A DNA stretch of 64,000 bases from Lachnospiraceae bacterium (GTDB taxonomy: Bacteria > Bacillota > Clostridia > Lachnospirales > Lachnospiraceae). A program made the translations under genes and the position numbers. Of the stretch, positions 58,597 to 64,000 are shown piece after piece (the first letter of the stretch is position 1; every line of letters starts with the position of its first letter). The notes below the pieces were generated by a model. It worked only from the letters and a program-made list of their open reading frames with translations, had not been told where the DNA came from and made no database searches. Location: positions 52,968 through 116,967 of the forward strand of contig BLMC01000001.1 of NCBI GenBank assembly GCA_011959805.1, in the 5' to 3' direction.

Positions 58597-58890
58597 TTAG
58601 CAGCATCCGCATCCGCCGCCATTACCACCGCCACAGCAGCAAAGCAGAAGGAGAATCCAGATCCAGCTGCCGCATCCGCCGTTGTTGCTTTCGCATCCAC
58701 AGCCACATCCACAGCCGTTGTTAGAAACGCCGAAGCCACCAAATCCACTATTGCCGCCACAGCAGCAAGACAGAAGGATAAGAATCCAAATCCAGCTGCC
58801 AAAACCGTTGTTGCTACCGCATCCACAGCCACACTCCGAAACAGTATTTGTCTGATTGCAGCCACAATGGCTTGCTGATAATTCACTCAT
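58597..58890 (-). CDS. Small Cys/Gly-rich protein, putative spore coat/exosporium component
   Basis: GGAGGT RBS; two GCGCG..SWIWIL(I/L)LLxCC modules; SigK-like promoter upstream. Confidence 0.75.
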   Translation of the reverse strand: MSELSASHCGCNQTNTVSECGCGCGSNNGFGSWIWILILLSCCCGGNSGFGGFGVSNNGCGCGCGCESNNGGCGSWIWILLLLCCCGGGNGGGCGCC

Positions 58891-58920
58891 GTTGAGTACC
58901 TCCGAAGAAGCTTTTTTCTA

Positions 58921-58948
58921 TACTATATGATTATGTGCAGAAAGTGTT
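58921..58948 (-). promoter_or_regulatory. SigK-like promoter
   Basis: Minus strand AACA-N15-CATATAGTA, close to the ACA..CATAnnnTA consensus. Confidence 0.55.
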
Positions 58949-59323
58949 CCTGATTTTTCCTACTTTTATTAACGATCAAACGGCAACCCTTTTTGAATAA
59001 TTGTAATCATAATTCAAACTTCGGTTCTTATTCGCAATTGTATATAACAATTCTTCTTTTTAGTCTTGTGTTTTTGTAGTATTATAGATAAAAGTTTTGT
59101 ATTTTTAATTTTATATGAATTTAGAATGTACGTCCTACAATTTATCAAAGGGCATAATCCTTTATTACAATTGTATTACTTTTATCAGATAATTCATTGA
59201 ATATTTAGAAAAAATATATTATAATAGTAAATAATGTACTCTAAATAAATAAGTATAAGGGTGTTATGTATCGTTTTAGTAAGTATTCATGCAAAACACC
59301 AACAGATAAGGGGGATTTCAAAT

Positions 59324-62300
59324 ATGAGGTCAACTAAGATAGGACGAAAAATGTTGGCAGGAGTATTATGTGCTGCCATGATGTTTCAATGTGTGCCGGC
59401 GGAGGCAGTGGCGAGGGAAGGTACAGAGATAGAACAATCTTATGACCATGAGGCGCTGGATACAACAAAGGTGGAGTCACAGCAAAAAAATACAGAAACG
59501 AATGCAGATGTAGAAGTATCTGAAGTGGAAGATACACAAACAATATCAAAAACGGAGACAGAGGAAACATCTGAAGTAACTGAGAAATCAGATGTTTCGG
59601 AATCGTCAGAATTTTCTGATAATTTAGAGGCAGATGATATATTATCTGTACCTGTTGAGACCGACAAAGCAGAAACGGTTCCAGAATCAGATACTACAGA
59701 AATAGCATCTGCCACAGAAGAATCAAGCACTCTGGAAACATCGACAACGGAAGAATCAGACATATTAGAAACGTCAACAATAGAAGAGTCAGATGCATTA
59801 GAAACATCAAGTCCATTGGAAACAGAAGACTTCGAGGAAACAGAAGAGACAGTTGAGGCTACAGAGACTCTTGAGATGGGAACTGAGAGTTTAGAGACAG
59901 AAACCACAGAGATAGAGGAAGTAACAACAGAACAAGAAATTACTTTGTTTGCGGAGGAATTACCAGATTACAAAAAGCTGCTTTCTGTTGTCTCGGAATT
60001 AAAATATTACTATTATAAAGAAGCAAAAGATATCTTTGTAAAATTAGAAGGATGTGAAATTCCAGATACAGTTGATGTTGAATTTTATATTGATGAAACA
60101 GATACTAATCCAAAGCCAAAAGTAGATTATGAAAAAAGAGGAGACTATTATTGTATTTCTCTGCAGAATATGAGTATTTCGACAGGGGTACATACATTAA
60201 CAGTTAAATTAAAGGATTCACAAGCGCCAGACCCTACTGCCGAATTAGTAAACAGAAAGTTTGAATTTACAACAGAAGAAGCAAATGTATTTCCAGAAGC
60301 AAACAAATATTATATTTCTGCAACAGATGATACGATAGAAGTAGCACTTTTTAGCCCAGAGGATAATATCACGTCTGTTCAGATTACTGCGCCAAACGGA
60401 GATATTGTTGCGCGTTCTGAACAAGAAAGTAAGGCCATACCTCAGAAAGAAGATCCTCGTTATTCAGGTATTGGAAATGAATACGAGTACGAAACAGATA
60501 TTTTATATAAGACGATATGGGTTTTACCTACAGAAAAAAATGCACTTGAAATAGGCAACTACGATATCCGCCTGACGCTTGATAGTGGTTCTGATATGTT
60601 GCTTAGCAATGTTATAGAAGTTTCTACGAAGGCAGTTGTTACAAAATGTACATTGGGTATGGATTATGATAATACAAGTAATTTTGTCTATTTGTATATT
60701 CAGGGAACTGGTTTTAATCCTTCCCAGGTTCGCTTTGATTTTGAAGATAAGGCGACATCTGCAATTTTATCTACTACGCGAATTGACTATAAGACTGTAC
60801 AATCGGGATTTGTTGTAAAGTTCCGAAAAGAAGGAAACTGGGAAAAGGCTGGAAAAGAAATTAAGGTTACTATCTCCAAAAAGTCCGGTAATATTAACTT
60901 CACACAGACTGAGTTTGAGGCATTGTTAGAGAGTGGTATCTACTATGCAGAGTATAGTAATGTGCTGAATGCTGTGGAAGTAGGTGTCACAACAGACTTA
61001 AATGGAAAAGCAGTAAAGTTTAGTATTGTAAATGAAAAGGTTGATAAGCCTTCCTTTGAATCAGAGGTTACAACAAGGTCATTGACAGAGAGCTTGATTT
61101 ACCTTACCCCTGCTAAGGAATTAAATCAGGGAGTTTATTATGTGAAACTAGAAGAAACGGGGGGAAATACTTATTATAAAGAGTTTACTGTCAGTCAGAA
61201 AGCGCCGGTTACAAATCATTGGGATGCACCGACGGTGATTTCAAAGAATGCAGAAAGACATGATTTTTATTTCTTTGCTACAGAGGCCGGAATCAGCAAT
61301 GATACATTGAAAGCATCGATAGATGGATACAATGGAGAAGTGGCTGTCTACGCAAGCGAGTGGCATCGAGAGGATGATGCAAAAGGAACTCGTATCCAGG
61401 TATGGATTCCTACACAAAAGTTGTCACTTGGAAACCATACTGTAAGAATTATAAGAGATAACAAAGCATATACTTCTTATACATTTGAAGTGATTGATTC
61501 CGATTACAAAAAATTTGTTCTTGATACCTGCGCGCTTTCTTGGATTGATGATAAGACAATACAAGTTTATATAAAAACGCCAAATTGTGCAGAAACCGAT
61601 GATTTTGATGTTAAATTAACTGAAATTGATGGTGGAGAAGTGACAGGAATCAGTACAGTGGTGACAGAAAGATATACAGATAGTGTTTTTATGAACATTA
61701 CTGGTTTAGACAAAAGTAAGGCGTTTAAAGACTATAATGTACTGATAACACATAAGCAATTTGGGCAGCCGTATAAAATGTCCGACCTCGATGTCCCATA
61801 TTATACTGAGGTTAATGGTGAAAGGAAATCCATATCTTCTAATAAAGGCCTTCCAGTATTAGCAAACAATCGCGTAATTGGTATTAATATCCAGAATTTG
61901 GCGCTGCCTGCAACTTTGACAATCTATGCGACAGAAAATACAGATGTGATTGATAGAATTACAATTCCTTCTACAACCGAGGGCAATTTTTATTATTTTA
62001 CAAAAGAATTTTATGACAGCCTAGAAAAGAAGGATCGATTGTATGACATGACAGTCACAGATTTTGGGGAGAACTGGGGAAGATCTTATGCAAGGATTAA
62101 TCTTGGCTACAAAGAAGAAGAGACAGTTAATGATTTTGACTTGCAAATAATCACGGATACATTGTATGTTGATGGAGCAGAAAGTGGAAAATCAACAGTG
62201 ATTACAGTGTCAGGAAACAAGCAAAAACCGGTATTTGAAGTTTCTAATGATGAGATCGTGGAATTGCAAGAATTTATAGAAACTTCCGAGGAAACTGGAG

Positions 62301-64000
62301 TGCAGACAACAGACCCCAACAAAAGGCGGGTTATTGCCAAAAGTACAGGAACAACGTTTATTACAGTCATTGCAGACGGCGTGAAAAAAAGTGTATTTGT
62401 CACAGTTACTAGAAATACCTCTGGCATTACGATAAATACTTCTAATCGACATATGAAAGTTGGGGATTCTTTTGAGGCAGAGGCATTTATTCAGCCATCA
62501 AGCGCGGAAGATCCAACGCAGATTGTAAGTTTTACATCATCAGATAACAATGTATTGTACGTGAAAAAATTAACAGACAGAACAGCAAGAGTTACTGCGT
62601 TGAAAGCAGGAACGGCTGTACTGCGCGCTACATTGGAAGGAACACCGTATACTGTGGCAGTGACAATTTCCATTACAGATTCTTTTCCTCTGTATGACAA
62701 AAAGGAAATTAAAATCAAGGAAGTAGGAATTGTCAGTTATATTGAGAATGTTGACCGTGCATTATCCTATTGTAAATTGCCAAAAGGTTGGGAGTGGAAC
62801 AACGACGATCTTATCTTGACTGCAAGCGATGAGCTGCAATATTGTTGGGCAACTTATACGGAGGAAGGATACCAGCCGTTTTCTGCGAGATTGCCAGTGG
62901 CTGCTACGCGCATTGTCGGTATTGATATAACGGGTAAGAAATTGATTAATCAGGGACAGAAAGAGACCTATCAGATTACCTATCAGTATATTGGAGCAGA
63001 TATTAATACCCCCAAATTCAAGGAACGACTCACTACAAACTGTGTTAGGACATCCGAGGAAAATATAGCTGCTGTGGAAACTTTAGATTGGGATAATCTT
63101 GTAATTGCAGCGATGGACAAAACAAGTGGGGGAACAGCTAACTTTTCATTGACATTGGCGATTGACCAAGGAACAAGTCAGGGGGCTGATCTGTTCGTAA
63201 AAGATTTTAGTGTTGAAGTTCCACTAACAGATTGTGTCAATAATGTAAAAGTAAAACCTGTAAAACTAGGGAATGAAAAGTTTACATATGTAGAAACACA
63301 AGATCGAATGGAGGTTGATCAAAAAGACGTTCGAGACGCAAATAATAAATACTTCATAAAACTTGAAGCGGAGGCTACCATCAATGGAAAGCCTGCACCC
63401 AATATAAAGTTTGATTGGGAGTCAAGCGATAAGACTGTGGCAACAGTTGCGGTAAATGACAATAATGAAGTGATTCTCACTGTGAAAAAAGAAGGAACTG
63501 TAGAAATTACTGCAAAGGCAAAGGACCAAGGAGAGTGTACGGGAACTCTGCGTGTAAATATTATGGATTATGCGCCGATTCTTGAGACATCGAGTGTTAC
63601 AATCAACAAGTATTATATTTACGGAACTGAACTTGGGTTACAGGAGCAGAATGGAAACAAGATTAAATCTGTCAATGTGTTGGAAAAGGATGGGGAAGAG
63701 GATAAGAATTCACCAAACTTCTCCGTCAGCGTGCCTATAGAAGGAAAGGCCAACTTAAAATTAAAGCCCAATGCAACAGCATTATCGGATACAAAAAAGA
63801 CTGTAAGAACTTGCAAATTGGAGGTTGTCACAGAAAAAGGAAAGTATTCATATTCATTAAAAGTTACAACAGATATCACAAAACCTTCAGCGACAGTAAA
63901 ATTAAAGACAAAGGCCAATTTGTTTTATAGGGATGCAAAGGCTGTCTATACAATATCAAGCAAATATGATATTCAATCGATAGAGATTCCAGAAGTGGAT
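59324..64000 (+). CDS. Giant secreted/surface protein with Ig-like (Big_2-type) domains, 3'-truncated (>1550 aa)
   Basis: Absent from the ORF track, consistent with running off the window end. Start MRSTKIGRKMLAGVLCAAMMFQCVPAEAVA (signal peptide), acidic stalk, FTSSDNNV..VTALKAGTA and WESSDKTVATV..KEGTVEITA Ig motifs; same frame at the window end (KYDIQSIEIPEVD). Confidence 0.85.
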   Translation, partial: MRSTKIGRKMLAGVLCAAMMFQCVPAEAVAREGTEIEQSYDHEALDTTKVESQQKNTETNADVEVSEVEDTQTISKTETEETSEVTEKSDVSESSEFSDNLEADDILSVPVETDKAETVPESDTTEIASATEESSTLETSTTEESDILETSTIEESDALETSSPLETEDFEETEETVEATETLEMGTESLETETTEIEEVTTEQEITLFAEELPDYKKLLSVVSELKYYYYKEAKDIFVKLEGCEIPDTVDVEFYIDETDTNPKPKVDYEKRGDYYCISLQNMSISTGVHTLTVKLKDSQAPDPTAELVNRKFEFTTEEANVFPEANKYYISATDDTIEVALFSPEDNITSVQITAPNGDIVARSEQESKAIPQKEDPRYSGIGNEYEYETDILYKTIWVLPTEKNALEIGNYDIRLTLDSGSDMLLSNVIEVSTKAVVTKCTLGMDYDNTSNFVYLYIQGTGFNPSQVRFDFEDKATSAILSTTRIDYKTVQSGFVVKFRKEGNWEKAGKEIKVTISKKSGNINFTQTEFEALLESGIYYAEYSNVLNAVEVGVTTDLNGKAVKFSIVNEKVDKPSFESEVTTRSLTESLIYLTPAKELNQGVYYVKLEETGGNTYYKEFTVSQKAPVTNHWDAPTVISKNAERHDFYFFATEAGISNDTLKASIDGYNGEVAVYASEWHREDDAKGTRIQVWIPTQKLSLGNHTVRIIRDNKAYTSYTFEVIDSDYKKFVLDTCALSWIDDKTIQVYIKTPNCAETDDFDVKLTEIDGGEVTGISTVVTERYTDSVFMNITGLDKSKAFKDYNVLITHKQFGQPYKMSDLDVPYYTEVNGERKSISSNKGLPVLANNRVIGINIQNLALPATLTIYATENTDVIDRITIPSTTEGNFYYFTKEFYDSLEKKDRLYDMTVTDFGENWGRSYARINLGYKEEETVNDFDLQIITDTLYVDGAESGKSTVITVSGNKQKPVFEVSNDEIVELQEFIETSEETGVQTTDPNKRRVIAKSTGTTFITVIADGVKKSVFVTVTRNTSGITINTSNRHMKVGDSFEAEAFIQPSSAEDPTQIVSFTSSDNNVLYVKKLTDRTARVTALKAGTAVLRATLEGTPYTVAVTISITDSFPLYDKKEIKIKEVGIVSYIENVDRALSYCKLPKGWEWNNDDLILTASDELQYCWATYTEEGYQPFSARLPVAATRIVGIDITGKKLINQGQKETYQITYQYIGADINTPKFKERLTTNCVRTSEENIAAVETLDWDNLVIAAMDKTSGGTANFSLTLAIDQGTSQGADLFVKDFSVEVPLTDCVNNVKVKPVKLGNEKFTYVETQDRMEVDQKDVRDANNKYFIKLEAEATINGKPAPNIKFDWESSDKTVATVAVNDNNEVILTVKKEGTVEITAKAKDQGECTGTLRVNIMDYAPILETSSVTINKYYIYGTELGLQEQNGNKIKSVNVLEKDGEEDKNSPNFSVSVPIEGKANLKLKPNATALSDTKKTVRTCKLEVVTEKGKYSYSLKVTTDITKPSATVKLKTKANLFYRDAKAVYTISSKYDIQSIEIPEVD

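Noticed and set aside
58512-58886. 124-aa Ala/Val-rich alternative frame over the Cys-rich gene
   Set aside because: The RBS spacing fits ATG 58890, and this frame runs through the terminator hairpin.

Overview
AT-rich chromosomal window from a motile, spore-forming Firmicute; gene content is most consistent with Lachnospiraceae. Almost all genes are on the + strand. Housekeeping and metabolic genes include rpsO-pnp, bioB, hisS, nth, T-box-controlled leuA, hisH/hisF, ung, lysA, greA, a formate/nitrite channel and an ABC-F protein. Also present are an Ami/Opp peptide ABC locus, blaI/blaR1-like and marR-ABC exporter modules, cheV, a sortase B with a probable substrate, a small sporulation cluster and the 5' part of a giant Ig-domain surface protein. 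I saw no rRNA, tRNA, CRISPR array, prophage or transposase. The most unusual signals are: (1) an AmiA-type peptide-binding lipoprotein that looks circularly permuted, in an operon whose two ATPases carry a large helical insertion and a C-terminal membrane anchor; (2) LeuA fused to a C-terminal AraC DNA-binding domain; (3) cheV followed by a degenerate SirTM-type sirtuin coupled to a very acidic, repeat-containing membrane protein; (4) an MshEN-like/CheX/CheY fusion; (5) at least three families of dispersed structured intergenic repeats, one copy sitting between the BirA operator and bioB. All protein family calls are by motif recognition by eye; no database search was run.
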